A DNA stretch of 60,748 bases from Candidatus Aminicenantes bacterium (GCA_030610885.1 JAUWQW010000003.1:1-60748), one strand, 5' to 3'. Counted from the first letter of the stretch, positions 38,372-49,353 are shown. The notes: generated by a model from the sequence alone, not told the origin. Numbers and translations: made by a program.

Positions 38372-39463
38372 TTAAGGTCTATTATTTTTATTCAAACTTT
38401 CTAATATACTTTCTTCCATTCCATATATTATGGTCATAATACCATAATCTGAATCATGAAGAATGGATTGTTTAACTTCTTTAAAATAGTCGAATATATT
38501 TTCCCTTAAAATAGGTAAGGCTTTTTTCTTTGTCTGATAGTGATCCCACACATCCCAGATAATGATCCCAACAGCAATAATAGTGCCAACAAATTTTCCT
38601 CCCACCTTTGCTGCTACTTTGCTCCCTGTTTTTGTTGCCATCTTAGCAGCTGCTTTTGTAGAAAGTTTTGCTGAAACCTTACTCCCAATTTTTGTTATAA
38701 TTGGTTTAAGTGATTGGAATATAATAACTGCACCCCCAGCACTAACACCTACCAGAGCTTTTAAAGAAATAGATGTTTGTCTGTTAGCTTCTACATTCTT
38801 GACCATAACTGAAATATCATTAATGTATCTGTCCCAATCGGATCTTTTTATCTTATATTCCTGAGGGATGCCTCTTAGTTTTGTTCGTATTGATTCTGAA
38901 TAAATAGAGATAATTTCATTGATAATACGTTCAATCTCCATTTGAGCGATTTGAGGCCTGAGAACTCTATTTGAAAATTGCTCCTGTACTTGAAGAGTAA
39001 TCTTTTCAGCAGCAGTTGGACTGTCTGTATTAACCCAATGTAAAACCTGATATAAAAGGCTCTTTAACCCGATTCCTTGTTGTGTCCAATAGCTAAAATA
39101 CCATTTGAGAAAGTTCCTATCTACTCGTTCCATATTTTTGTCAATCCAGAGGTTTAGTTTTTTTGATGCTATAACTTCTGTTTTTTTTCTTGCATCTTTT
39201 AAAATAATTTCAATTTCTTTGTTAACTTTACTCCAATCTACTGTGCTTACTACCTTTTTTTTCACTATTTCAGGAGGTTTTATCTCTTTTTTTGAGGATT
39301 TAAAAAGAGACAAGTTCCCGAGTAATATTAGAATTATTATTATTACAATAACCCATAAGATTTTACTTATGGATTTTATAAAATCACTCCATGCATATAT
39401 TTTTGTAGATTTCGGTTCTTCTCTTTTTTTGTTGTTGTTATTATCTTTTTTATTTTTTAACAA
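38372..39463 (-). CDS. Hypothetical membrane protein with a Lys/Ala-rich repeat segment
   Basis: An N-terminal basic region plus a TM helix (ILWVIVIIIILILLG), a helical middle, then SKVSAKLSTKAAAKMATKTGSKVAAKVGGKF followed by a second TM helix (VGTIIAVGIIIWDVW). No family was recognised. Confidence 0.6.
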   Translation of the reverse strand: MLKNKKDNNNNKKREEPKSTKIYAWSDFIKSISKILWVIVIIIILILLGNLSLFKSSKKEIKPPEIVKKKVVSTVDWSKVNKEIEIILKDARKKTEVIASKKLNLWIDKNMERVDRNFLKWYFSYWTQQGIGLKSLLYQVLHWVNTDSPTAAEKITLQVQEQFSNRVLRPQIAQMEIERIINEIISIYSESIRTKLRGIPQEYKIKRSDWDRYINDISVMVKNVEANRQTSISLKALVGVSAGGAVIIFQSLKPIITKIGSKVSAKLSTKAAAKMATKTGSKVAAKVGGKFVGTIIAVGIIIWDVWDHYQTKKKALPILRENIFDYFKEVKQSILHDSDYGIMTIIYGMEESILESLNKNNRP

Positions 39464-39520
39464 TTTTTCACCTCTTTTATTCTAAATTATAACAATTTTG
39501 AATTAAAAATGAAATTAGTA

Positions 39521-42500
39521 TTAATTATGTTCAAAACCAAGGAGTTTTTTGAAGCGTGTTGTAACTGAATCTGATATTGAATATAAGGTTGGAAGGATAA
39601 TTAAAGTAAAAAAGGTTGATGTTGTTAAGCCTCCGATTATTGCAATACTAATTGGCGCCCACATCTGGGCTCTTCCCTGACTTGCTTTAAATAGTTGTGG
39701 TAAAAGTACGGGCAAAGCCATTGGAAGAACACCAAAAATTGTTGTGATTGCAGTCATTATAATAGGTCTCATTCTGTCTTTTCCAGCTTGAACAATAGCT
39801 GTGTTTTTCTCAATTCCCTTTTTTCTTAGTTTCAAGATCCTGTCAATTAATAAAATTCCATTGTTTACAACAATACCGAATAGGGTCAATAAACCAAGAT
39901 ATGAAGCATTATTTAGAGTTATATTAAAAATTGTAAAGAAAAGAGCAACTCCGAAGAGAGCAAGAGGAACTGTCATTAGTATTGTTAGAGGATGAATAAA
40001 TGATTCAAATAGGGATGCCATAATAATATAAATGAATATTAGTGCCAGAATAATAGCAAGGTTTGAGCTCTCTTGAGATTCCCTGAACCTTCTCCAGCGT
40101 GAACCAAAGCTCCATGAATATCCTTCCGGGAATTTTATTGTATTCATAACCTGTTTAATTTTATTTGTAATCTTCATCATTCCTTTTGCTTTCGAATTAA
40201 TCATTATTCTTAATTTTGATTTTTTGTTTTCCTTTCGTATTGACATTGATCCCATTCTATAAGAAAAGGTAGAAATTGCAGATATAGGAATTCTTTTTGA
40301 TGCTGTTCTTAAACTTATATTTTTTAAATCATCTTGATTGAATCCTTCATTGCTTTGCATCTTTAAAATAATATCAATTTCCTTATTTTCAGTTTTAAAT
40401 TTTCCTATAGGACGGTCTGAGATAGATGACATTAATACCCGGGCTACCTGTCTGCTATCAACACCGGAACTTTCTGCTTTTTCGCGATTGACTTTAACCA
40501 TAAGTTGAGTTTCACCACCTTCAAGATCTGTTGTTATATCTTCAATTTCATTAATGTTCTTTAATTTTTCTTTAACAATTGGAACTAATTCTGTTAATTG
40601 CGTGAAATCCATTCCTATTAATTCAACTGAAATACCTGCTGAGTGACCTCCTCTTCCCCTTCTTTCACCAAATTCCATTGTTACTCCTGCTTTTTTGGGA
40701 AAGAGCTCTTTAAATTTTTTTTTTGTTTCAGAAATAGAAGGCCCTGATTCGCTAAGGTAAAATGTGATATCCCCAATATATTGTCCACCTCTTTTATTAG
40801 TAATTCCATAGTATGAAGATATATTTTCTATTGCAAGTTCTTTTTTTTTGTTTTTTAATCTATTTTCATATATATTGAAAAGATCATTCATCTCGATCAA
40901 GCTATAACTTTGTGGCATTAATATCTGAGCTCTTATTCTTCTCTCTTCACTCATTGGGGAAAATTCTCTCTCTACATTTGACATCATTACAAAAGCTGAA
41001 ATTAAAATTCCAATAGCAATAGATATTGTTAATACTTTAGTTTTCCAGTTTTTTATTGTAAAAATGATAATTTTTTCATAAATTGAGGTTAGTTTTGCAA
41101 GCCATTTTGCCTTTTCTTTTGTTTTGCCTTTTAAAAGTTTACTTCCAGCAAGAGGTATAAATGTTAGAGATACAATAAGAGAAGCAACTAGTGCTATTGA
41201 TATTGTAAGTGCAAAATCTCCCATCCATCTCCCAAAACCTGAGCCAGAAATAAAGCCTAAAGAAATAAATACAACAAGAGTTGTTAATGTTGATGCAGTT
41301 ACAGCTAATGCTACTTCACTACTACCTTTTATAGATGCCTCGAATGGGGAATATTTCTTTTCCTGACGAAGTCTGAAGATATTCTCCAGCACGACAACAC
41401 CATTATCTACAAGCATTCCTACTGCCATCATTAATCCACTTAAAGATATGATATTTATTGTAATTGAAGTATTGAATAATGCTCTGTACATATACATAAA
41501 ACTGAATGTAAAAACTATTGACATTGGAATTGCAGTTGCAATAATAATGGTGCTTCTGAATTTTCTTAAAAAGAATAATAAGGTGAGAATTGCAAGCATA
41601 GCTCCAATAATTCCTGCATAAGAAAGGTCCCTCAGGCTGTTGAGTATATCTTTTGATTGATCATTATAATATAGTATATTAATATTGTTCAGATTTTTTC
41701 CCTTTTTTTGGATCTTTTCCATTGTAGATCTTACTCTTTTACATACATCCACAACATTTGAATTTGATGCCCTATATATGCGGAAGCTAAGAGCATCATG
41801 TGAATTCAACTTGTAAAATCTTTCTTTTTCAGGATATGTATATGTGATTTTTGCAACATCTTTGATCTTTAAACCTTTATCATTTAAAGGGAGTTCTTTG
41901 ATATGTTTTACATATTTTAATTCTCCGGGTATTCTTAATACAAATCTTTTATTCTCTTCAACATATCCAGCAGAAATATTAATATTATTATTCCTAATTG
42001 TACTAATAAGGTCAAGAATGTTTATTGAAGATGTATAAAATAAATCAGGATTTAGAGTAATTACTAACTGCTTATTTGTAAGTCCTCTTATATCAACATT
42101 TGCCACACCTTCAATCCTTTCAAGGTCAGGCTGTATTAAATTTTCAGATATATCATAAAGATTTTTTAAATCACCAGGAATAGAAATGCTAAAAGAGATG
42201 ACTGGGAAATCAGAGGTTGACCAGCGTCTTATTCGAATTTTTTCAATATCATCTGGTAATTTATATCTAATTTGATCAATTTTATCTCTTATCTCCATTG
42301 AAGCATAATCCATGTTTGTTCCACTTTTAAATTCAAGATGTACCCTGGAGCTTGAAGATGAGGATGTAGATCTTATATTTTTCAAATTGTTAATTGTTGA
42401 TAATATTTCTTCAATGGGTCTTGTAATTGTTCGTTCAACCTCTTCTGGTGATGATGAAGGATAGGGGACTTGCACCATTAATCCAGGAAAGGAGGTGTCA

Positions 42501-42613
42501 GGAAACATTTCTAAAGGGAGCTTGATTAAAGAAATTATTCCTACTGTTGCAATTATAATCATTGCTACAAGCACTGTAACTGGTCTTTTAAGTGAGAATT
42601 CAGGAAGATTCAT
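39521..42613 (-). CDS. RND efflux transporter permease (AcrB/MdtC-like), copy 2
   Basis: 1030 aa with 12-TM/two-large-loop RND architecture. N-terminus FSLKRPVTVLVAMIIIATVGIISLIKLPLEMFPD, and C-terminal RMRPIIMTAITTIFGVLPMAL. Confidence 0.88.
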   Translation of the reverse strand: MNLPEFSLKRPVTVLVAMIIIATVGIISLIKLPLEMFPDTSFPGLMVQVPYPSSSPEEVERTITRPIEEILSTINNLKNIRSTSSSSSSRVHLEFKSGTNMDYASMEIRDKIDQIRYKLPDDIEKIRIRRWSTSDFPVISFSISIPGDLKNLYDISENLIQPDLERIEGVANVDIRGLTNKQLVITLNPDLFYTSSINILDLISTIRNNNINISAGYVEENKRFVLRIPGELKYVKHIKELPLNDKGLKIKDVAKITYTYPEKERFYKLNSHDALSFRIYRASNSNVVDVCKRVRSTMEKIQKKGKNLNNINILYYNDQSKDILNSLRDLSYAGIIGAMLAILTLLFFLRKFRSTIIIATAIPMSIVFTFSFMYMYRALFNTSITINIISLSGLMMAVGMLVDNGVVVLENIFRLRQEKKYSPFEASIKGSSEVALAVTASTLTTLVVFISLGFISGSGFGRWMGDFALTISIALVASLIVSLTFIPLAGSKLLKGKTKEKAKWLAKLTSIYEKIIIFTIKNWKTKVLTISIAIGILISAFVMMSNVEREFSPMSEERRIRAQILMPQSYSLIEMNDLFNIYENRLKNKKKELAIENISSYYGITNKRGGQYIGDITFYLSESGPSISETKKKFKELFPKKAGVTMEFGERRGRGGHSAGISVELIGMDFTQLTELVPIVKEKLKNINEIEDITTDLEGGETQLMVKVNREKAESSGVDSRQVARVLMSSISDRPIGKFKTENKEIDIILKMQSNEGFNQDDLKNISLRTASKRIPISAISTFSYRMGSMSIRKENKKSKLRIMINSKAKGMMKITNKIKQVMNTIKFPEGYSWSFGSRWRRFRESQESSNLAIILALIFIYIIMASLFESFIHPLTILMTVPLALFGVALFFTIFNITLNNASYLGLLTLFGIVVNNGILLIDRILKLRKKGIEKNTAIVQAGKDRMRPIIMTAITTIFGVLPMALPVLLPQLFKASQGRAQMWAPISIAIIGGLTTSTFFTLIILPTLYSISDSVTTRFKKLLGFEHN

Positions 42614-42628
42614 ATTTCCTTCTTATAC

Positions 42629-45600
42629 TTAAGTTTTATCTTCATAAGAGCTTTCTTTTACAATTATACTGTACATTAAAGGAATAAACACAAGCGTGAG
42701 AAAGGTTCCAAAAATTAGTCCTCCAATGAGTGTTAAAGCCAAAGGAATTCTTATCTCATATCCTTCGTTAAAATTAAGAGCCATTGGGAGAAGGCCTAGA
42801 ATAGTGGTAATACTTGTCATTAGAATCGGTCTCCATCTAACCCTTGCTGCTGTTTTTATTGCTTCCATTTTCCTTAAACCCTTTTGTTGAAGTTGACTAG
42901 TGTAATCTACAAAAACGATTGCATTATTTACAATAATTCCTGATAATATAACCAATCCAATTAATACTATTACATTAATTGAAATACTTGATAGAACTGC
43001 TGCAATAATAACTCCAATAATTCCAAGTGGAATTGTGAACATTATAATAAATGGTTTTTTAAAGGATTCAAACTGTGATGCCATAACAAGATAGACCAGG
43101 AAAATTGCAAGCAAAATAGCAAATATCATTGATGAAAAAGCAACATTTTTTTCCATGCTTTGTCCAGCAAAATAGATTAAATAATCAGGAGGGATATTTA
43201 TGTTTTCTTTTATTTCTGTAATTTTATTGGTAGCAGTTTCCAGATCAACACCTGATGTATTACCTGTTATGACTGCTGATTTCTGTTGAAAAATCCTTCT
43301 TATTTCAGCGGGGCCTTCACTGATCTTTACATGTGCAATTGCTTTTAAGGGAATATTAATTCCCAAGCCGTTTCTTATACTCATACTTTTTATTTTTTCA
43401 ATATTATTTCTAAACCTCTCAGAAACTCTCACTCTTATGTCTACTTCTCTATCTCTTTCAATAAATTTTGTGGCAATTTCGCCTTCAACTTTATTGCGGA
43501 TCTGATTTCCAACTTCATTAATCGTCATATTCTGTGAAGCAAGAAGAGCTCTGTTAAATATGATCTGTAACTCAGGATAGCCTTCTTCCATACTTGATTT
43601 TAGATCAATTAAACCCTTAATCCCCTTTATGTTTTTGAGAAGCTCATCTGATATCTGTTTTAGTTTTTCCAGATCGTTTCCTGAAACCACAATTTCTAAT
43701 GGTGCTTTGAATGAGAATAGTCGGGGTTTGTAAACTTTGGTTTTTAAGTTTGGAAATTCTTTTAAATCCTGTCTAACTTTATTCATTATAATATCTTCTT
43801 TTTTCCCTAAAATTCCTTTTTTTAATCTAATTGTAATTTCCGAAAGGTTTTCTCTCTCTTCCTGGAAAGATATGCCTCCTCTTGAACCTTTTCCTATAAG
43901 CTCATAAATGCTATCAATTTGCTTATAGTTTTTTAATTTTGATGTGATCCGAGAAACAACAGACTCATTTTCAAAGAGTGATGTCCCAGGTTTGAATTCT
44001 ACATTTATTAAAAATTCCCCTTGAGATATAACTGGAATTAATTCTTTGCCCATAAATTTTGTCAAGAATAAAGAGATTAAAAATATTGATAAAACTATAA
44101 AAATAACTCTTTTTTTTCTTTTAAATGTAAACTTCTGAAATTTTATGTAATTATTAAAAAAACTATTGTATACTTTATCAATAGGTTTAAATATCTTTTT
44201 TAAAAAATTGTTAAATCTTTCTTTTGTTTTTTTTCTTCTAAATACTGAGAATAACATGGGTACAAGTGTTAAAGAAACGACCAATGATGTTAGAAGTGAA
44301 AATGTGATTGTTAATGCCATATCCTTAAAGAGTTGACCTGCAATTCCCTTTATGAATACAATTGGGAAAAATACTGCAACAGTTGTAAAAGTTGAAGCTG
44401 TAACAGCACCAGCTACTTCAGAAGTTCCCTGGAGAGATGAGTTGTAAAGGTCAATACCCTTATCTCTATAACGTTGGATAGATTCAAGCACAACAATAGA
44501 ACTATCTACAAGCATTCCTATTCCTAAAGCAAGTCCTCCCAATGAAATAATGTTTAAAGAGATATCAAAAGAGTACATCATAAAAAAGGTAATGATAATT
44601 GATATTGGTATAGCAATACCAATTATTAGAGTGCTCCTGAAGTTTTTTAAGAAATATAATAATACAAAAATTGCAAGTATACCTCCGATAATTGCTGTTT
44701 GAATTACTTCATTTATAGTATTTTTTATAAATTTAGCCTGATTTGTTATTTTCAAATAATCCATATTCCTTGGTTTCAAAATATTTTTTTCTATGTTTTT
44801 TAGCTTATCCATTACAGAGTTAGATACAGTTACAGTGTTTGCATCTGCAGCTCTGAAAATTGCTGCCTCTATACATTCCTTTCCATTTATTCTAGAAATA
44901 ACCTTTTTTTCTTTATAACCTCTGAAAATATCTGCTATGGAGCCAAGTTTTATTGGAATATTATTTCTTCTTTCTATTATAATATCTTTTATTTCATCAA
45001 CTGTTTTGAATTCATTTACTGTTCTTACAAGGTATTGGCTATGTTTTTGTTTTAATATCCCAGCAGAAAGATTGACATTTTCCCTTGCTAATCTATTTAC
45101 TATTGTTGATATAGGAATGTTTAATAAACTGATCTTTTTTTCATCAATATCAACATGAATTTCATCTTCAAACCCGCCAGATATTGAGCAAGCTGCAACT
45201 CCTTCAATGCTTTCGATTGCTTGTTTAATTTCTGTTTCAGCAATATATCTGATCCTTGAAAGTTCAGGATCCCCATATATCCCAAGTTTCATTATTGGTT
45301 CTGTGTTGGGGTCATACCTTAAAATAATTGGGTTTTTTGCATCTACTGGAAGATTTAAGAGGTCAAGTTTTTCTCTTATTTTTAAGGTTGCAAAATCCAT
45401 ATTTGTATTCCAATTAAATTCAACTGTAACATCTGACATCTCAGCTCTTGATATTGATGATATGCGTACAACATTGTCAACAACCCCCACTGATTCTTCT
45501 ATGGGTTTTGAAATAATATGTTCTATTTCGGATGGAGCAGTTCCAGGGTATTTGGTTTGTATTGTTAATGTTGGGTATGAAATAGTTGGTAAAAGGTTTA

Positions 45601-45700
45601 AATAAAGTTTAGAGTATGAGATAAACCCAAATAAAATTGCTCCTAAAAAAAACATAAAAACAGAGACAGGGTGATTTAAAGAGTATTTTACTATTTTCAT
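42629..45700 (-). CDS. RND efflux transporter permease (AcrB/MdtB-like), copy 1
   Basis: 1023 aa with the same architecture. N-terminus YSLNHPVSVFMFFLGAILFGFISYSKLYLNLLP, and C-terminal RWRPILMTSITTILGLLPMAL. Confidence 0.88.
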   Translation of the reverse strand: MKIVKYSLNHPVSVFMFFLGAILFGFISYSKLYLNLLPTISYPTLTIQTKYPGTAPSEIEHIISKPIEESVGVVDNVVRISSISRAEMSDVTVEFNWNTNMDFATLKIREKLDLLNLPVDAKNPIILRYDPNTEPIMKLGIYGDPELSRIRYIAETEIKQAIESIEGVAACSISGGFEDEIHVDIDEKKISLLNIPISTIVNRLARENVNLSAGILKQKHSQYLVRTVNEFKTVDEIKDIIIERRNNIPIKLGSIADIFRGYKEKKVISRINGKECIEAAIFRAADANTVTVSNSVMDKLKNIEKNILKPRNMDYLKITNQAKFIKNTINEVIQTAIIGGILAIFVLLYFLKNFRSTLIIGIAIPISIIITFFMMYSFDISLNIISLGGLALGIGMLVDSSIVVLESIQRYRDKGIDLYNSSLQGTSEVAGAVTASTFTTVAVFFPIVFIKGIAGQLFKDMALTITFSLLTSLVVSLTLVPMLFSVFRRKKTKERFNNFLKKIFKPIDKVYNSFFNNYIKFQKFTFKRKKRVIFIVLSIFLISLFLTKFMGKELIPVISQGEFLINVEFKPGTSLFENESVVSRITSKLKNYKQIDSIYELIGKGSRGGISFQEERENLSEITIRLKKGILGKKEDIIMNKVRQDLKEFPNLKTKVYKPRLFSFKAPLEIVVSGNDLEKLKQISDELLKNIKGIKGLIDLKSSMEEGYPELQIIFNRALLASQNMTINEVGNQIRNKVEGEIATKFIERDREVDIRVRVSERFRNNIEKIKSMSIRNGLGINIPLKAIAHVKISEGPAEIRRIFQQKSAVITGNTSGVDLETATNKITEIKENINIPPDYLIYFAGQSMEKNVAFSSMIFAILLAIFLVYLVMASQFESFKKPFIIMFTIPLGIIGVIIAAVLSSISINVIVLIGLVILSGIIVNNAIVFVDYTSQLQQKGLRKMEAIKTAARVRWRPILMTSITTILGLLPMALNFNEGYEIRIPLALTLIGGLIFGTFLTLVFIPLMYSIIVKESSYEDKT

Positions 45701-46914
45701 CTTGTTATCTTCACTCTCATTTTATCTTTCAATGCTTCAATTCCTACTGTTACAATCTTATCTCCTTCCTTTAGACCCTCAAGTACTTCAATATTATCTT
45801 CTTCTGAAATGCCTGTTTTTATCTCTTTTTTAAAAACTTGCATTTTTTTGAAAATAAATACGAAACTTTTATCATCTTTATGAATTATACTTTTTATTGG
45901 AATAATGATTGCTTCATTTTTATTGTTTATTAAAATCTTTACCTCAACAAACATACCTGGTTTAAGTTTCATACTTGAGTCAAATACTTCAATCGTTACT
46001 TTGACAGTTCCTGATTGAACATCAATTCTCGGGTTGATCAGCTTTATTTTTCCATTAAATTTATACCCTTTTAACACATCAGTTGTTATCTCAGCTTCCA
46101 TCCCTTTTCTTAAATTAATTATGTCAGAGGTAGGCACATACATTTTTATTAATAGAGGTGAGAAATCCTCAACAGTAAATACCTGCTGGTTAGGATTTAC
46201 CCTTGATCCAATTTCAATTAACCTCTCTATAATATAACCTTGAATTGGAGATTTGATTTTTGTGTAATTTAATTGAAGTTCAAGGTTTTTGTAATTTTCG
46301 AGTTTATTTTCATACTCAAGTTTCGCCTTTTGGTAATTAGTTTCTGAGGTTTGAAAATCTTTTTCAGATATAAGATTGGTCTTCATTAATTCTTTATTTC
46401 TTTTATAATTATTTGTTTCCTCTTTTACGCTTAACTCAGATTGTTTTAATTGAATTTTTGCCTGTTTATAACTTATTTCTATCTCAGTATCATCAAGCAA
46501 TGCAAGAATATCGCCCTTTTTAACAAAAGCTCCTTCTTCTTTTATGATTTTTTTTACATAAGCAGAGAGTCTTGAATATATCTCAACCTTTTTTTCCGGT
46601 TCAACAACTCCATTTGAATTTAAAAATGAGTTTATTTTCTTTTTATTTACACTTCCTATTTTGACAAGAGGCAAATCACCCTTTCTCATTTCTAAAAATT
46701 GTTTTACTCTATCCATTGGGATTTTACCCTCTTTGATTGCTTTTTTCATTCTTTCTGGTATATCAAGCTTATCAATATCTAATTTTTTCTCTCCTTTTTT
46801 TTGGGTTTTGTTTACTGCTTTTTTGTTATTTGTGATATTGTTTTCCTTTTTGTTACAATTATTTGTAAAAGTAATAAAAAATATCACAATTGAAAGTATT
46901 AAGATTTTTTTCAT
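45697..46914 (-). CDS. RND efflux periplasmic adaptor (membrane fusion protein, HlyD_D23 type)
   Basis: Lipoyl/hairpin/beta-barrel arrangement (GDILALLDDTE..., a coiled-coil hairpin, IKSPIQGYIIE). ATG at 46914 (MKKILILSIV...NNC lipobox-like) with GGAG upstream. The stop overlaps the first RND gene (ATGA). Confidence 0.85.
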   Translation of the reverse strand: MKKILILSIVIFFITFTNNCNKKENNITNNKKAVNKTQKKGEKKLDIDKLDIPERMKKAIKEGKIPMDRVKQFLEMRKGDLPLVKIGSVNKKKINSFLNSNGVVEPEKKVEIYSRLSAYVKKIIKEEGAFVKKGDILALLDDTEIEISYKQAKIQLKQSELSVKEETNNYKRNKELMKTNLISEKDFQTSETNYQKAKLEYENKLENYKNLELQLNYTKIKSPIQGYIIERLIEIGSRVNPNQQVFTVEDFSPLLIKMYVPTSDIINLRKGMEAEITTDVLKGYKFNGKIKLINPRIDVQSGTVKVTIEVFDSSMKLKPGMFVEVKILINNKNEAIIIPIKSIIHKDDKSFVFIFKKMQVFKKEIKTGISEEDNIEVLEGLKEGDKIVTVGIEALKDKMRVKITR

Positions 46915-47130
46915 ATTAGCTCCTAAGATCAATGTACTTTATTCATATTATATTTACGTAATTAATATCAATTTGTATAATATTCACTTAACTAATATAT
47001 AACAATCAGAAACACAAATCCTTGCAAAAAAAGATATGTTTATTTTTCAATTTAAGTTTCTTGACAATATTTTTTTGTTAATAAAGATTTTCATTTTAAA
47101 CCTTTTTTGTTGATATTACGTATTAAAAAT

Positions 47131-49305
47131 ATGAAAAATATAAAAATTACACCACAGGTTTCATTTTTAATCGTAATGTTTTTCAGCTTAATGATTTTTA
47201 TGTCCTGTTCAGGCCCCGAAACTGCACCAGCAGTAAAAAAGGAGGTTAAAGCCAAAACAGAACTTGCACAATCAGTAACTGAAAAAAATCCTTTTTTCGA
47301 AGAATATCAGACTCCATTTAAGGTTCCTCCTTTTAACAAGATTAAGGAAGCACACTTTATGCCTGCTTTTAAAAGTGGGTTTGCAGAGGCAAAAAAAGGT
47401 ATTGATACAATAGTCAACAATACTGAGAAACCAACTTTTCAGAATACCATTGAGGAAATGGAACTGAATGGAAAACTTCTGACTAAGATTGCATCTGTAT
47501 TTTTTCATCTGAACGGAGCTGATACAACTGAGGGTCTTCTGAAAATTGCTGATGAAGTTACTCCAATGTTCAGTAAGTACAGAAATTATGTTAATCTCAA
47601 TGACAAACTTTTTAAAAAAATCGATGAAATTTATAATAAAAGGAATAAACTTAATCTTACTGCTGATCAGAAAAAACTTCTTGAAGATACACACAGAAGA
47701 TTTGTAAGGAGCGGTGCAGCACTGAAACCTGAGGACAAGAAAAAGATTGAAAAGATCAATGAAGAAATGGCTGGTTTAAGTCTGAAATTCCGTAAAAATC
47801 TTTTGAATGATACAAACAGTTTTAAGATGTTTCTTGATAAGAAAGAGGATATTGAAGGTCTGCCAAGATCCCTTATTTCTGCTGCTGCAGCAGCTGCAAA
47901 AAAGAAAGGTAAAGAAGGTCAATGGCTTTTTACACTTCATAAACCCAGTTGGATTCCCTTTTTACAGTTTTCTCCAAAAAGGGATCTGAGAGAGAAACTC
48001 TACAAAGGTTACATTAATAGATGTAATAATAACGATGAATTTGACAATAAAAAGATTATTGCCAGGATTGCAGCTCTAAGAGCTCAGAGGGCCCATATTA
48101 TTGGTTATAAAACACATGCGGATTTCCGTCTTGAAATCAATATGTCCAAGAACCCTGACAATGTCTATAAACTGCTGAATAAATTATGGACTCCTGCACT
48201 AAAAATGGCCAAGAAAGAGGCAAAAGCTCTTCAAGCAATGATTGATAAGGAAGGAGGCAAATTTAAACTGGAATCCTGGGATTGGTGGTATTATTCAGAA
48301 AAGCTCAGGAAAGAGAAGTACAATCTGGATGAAAATCTTCTTAAACCTTATTTTCAGGTGGATAAGGTAAGAAAAGGAGCATTTTACGTTGCTAATAAGC
48401 TTTATGGTATAAAATTTATTGAGAGACATGATCTTCCTGTTTACCATAAGGATGCAAAGGTTTTTGAGGTTCAGGAAGCAGATGGTAGCCATATTGGTAT
48501 TCTATACACAGATTATTTTTATAGAACCAGTAAAAGAGGAGGAGCCTGGTGCGGCGGTCTGAGAGATTATTCCAATATCAGAGGTAATATGATTACACCT
48601 GTAATTTATAATGTATGTAATTTTGCTCCTCCTGTAGGGGATGAACCATCTCTTCTAAGTTTTGATCAGGCAGCTACTGTATTTCATGAGTTTGGTCATG
48701 CTCTTCACAGTCTTTTCTGTAAGAGTGATTATCCTGGACTTGCAAATGTTGCAAGGGATTTTGTAGAACTTCCTGCGCAGATCATGGAACACTGGTGTGC
48801 TGAATCAGAAGTAATGAAGGTTTACGCCAGGCATTATAAGACTGATGAAGTCATTCCTGAAGAGCTTATTGAAAAGCTTGAACAGAGCAGCCATTTTAAT
48901 CAGGGATTTGCAACTGTTGAATATCTTGCAGCTTCTCTGCTGGATATGAATTTTCATACACTTAAAGAGGCAAAAGAAGTTGATACTGCCAGGTTTGAAG
49001 CTGATTGTTTAAAGAAAATCGGACTCATTCCTCAAATTATCTCCAGATATAGAAGTACTTATTTTCAGCATATTGTTGGTGGATACGACTGCGGCTACCA
49101 TGCTTACATCTGGGCAGAAGTTCTTGATTGTGATGCTTTTGAAGCCTTTAAAGAGACCTCTTTATTTGATCAGAAAACTGCAAAATCCTTCAGAGAGAAT
49201 ATTCTCTCAATGGGAGGCAGGCAAGATGAGATGGTTATGTACAAAAAATTCAGAGGCAGAGAACCCAAAATTGACGGTTTAATGAAAAAGAGGGGTTTTA
49301 AATAG
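47131..49305 (+). CDS. dcp: M3-family peptidyl-dipeptidase (Dcp/oligopeptidase A type) lipoprotein
   Basis: HEFGHALH zinc motif with a downstream E (FVELPAQIMEHW). Lipobox FMSCSG. ATG at 47131 is preferred over the listed TTG at 47107. Confidence 0.85.
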   Translation: MKNIKITPQVSFLIVMFFSLMIFMSCSGPETAPAVKKEVKAKTELAQSVTEKNPFFEEYQTPFKVPPFNKIKEAHFMPAFKSGFAEAKKGIDTIVNNTEKPTFQNTIEEMELNGKLLTKIASVFFHLNGADTTEGLLKIADEVTPMFSKYRNYVNLNDKLFKKIDEIYNKRNKLNLTADQKKLLEDTHRRFVRSGAALKPEDKKKIEKINEEMAGLSLKFRKNLLNDTNSFKMFLDKKEDIEGLPRSLISAAAAAAKKKGKEGQWLFTLHKPSWIPFLQFSPKRDLREKLYKGYINRCNNNDEFDNKKIIARIAALRAQRAHIIGYKTHADFRLEINMSKNPDNVYKLLNKLWTPALKMAKKEAKALQAMIDKEGGKFKLESWDWWYYSEKLRKEKYNLDENLLKPYFQVDKVRKGAFYVANKLYGIKFIERHDLPVYHKDAKVFEVQEADGSHIGILYTDYFYRTSKRGGAWCGGLRDYSNIRGNMITPVIYNVCNFAPPVGDEPSLLSFDQAATVFHEFGHALHSLFCKSDYPGLANVARDFVELPAQIMEHWCAESEVMKVYARHYKTDEVIPEELIEKLEQSSHFNQGFATVEYLAASLLDMNFHTLKEAKEVDTARFEADCLKKIGLIPQIISRYRSTYFQHIVGGYDCGYHAYIWAEVLDCDAFEAFKETSLFDQKTAKSFRENILSMGGRQDEMVMYKKFRGREPKIDGLMKKRGFK

Positions 49306-49353
49306 ATCCATAAAATTTTACATCCGATAACATAAATATTTCTTGTAAATCTA

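Noticed and set aside
46933-47130. A TTGACA box at about 47061 as the promoter for dcp.
   Set aside because: No acceptable -10 hexamer lies 16-18 nt downstream. The best TAATAA is only 12 nt away. I did not report it as a feature.
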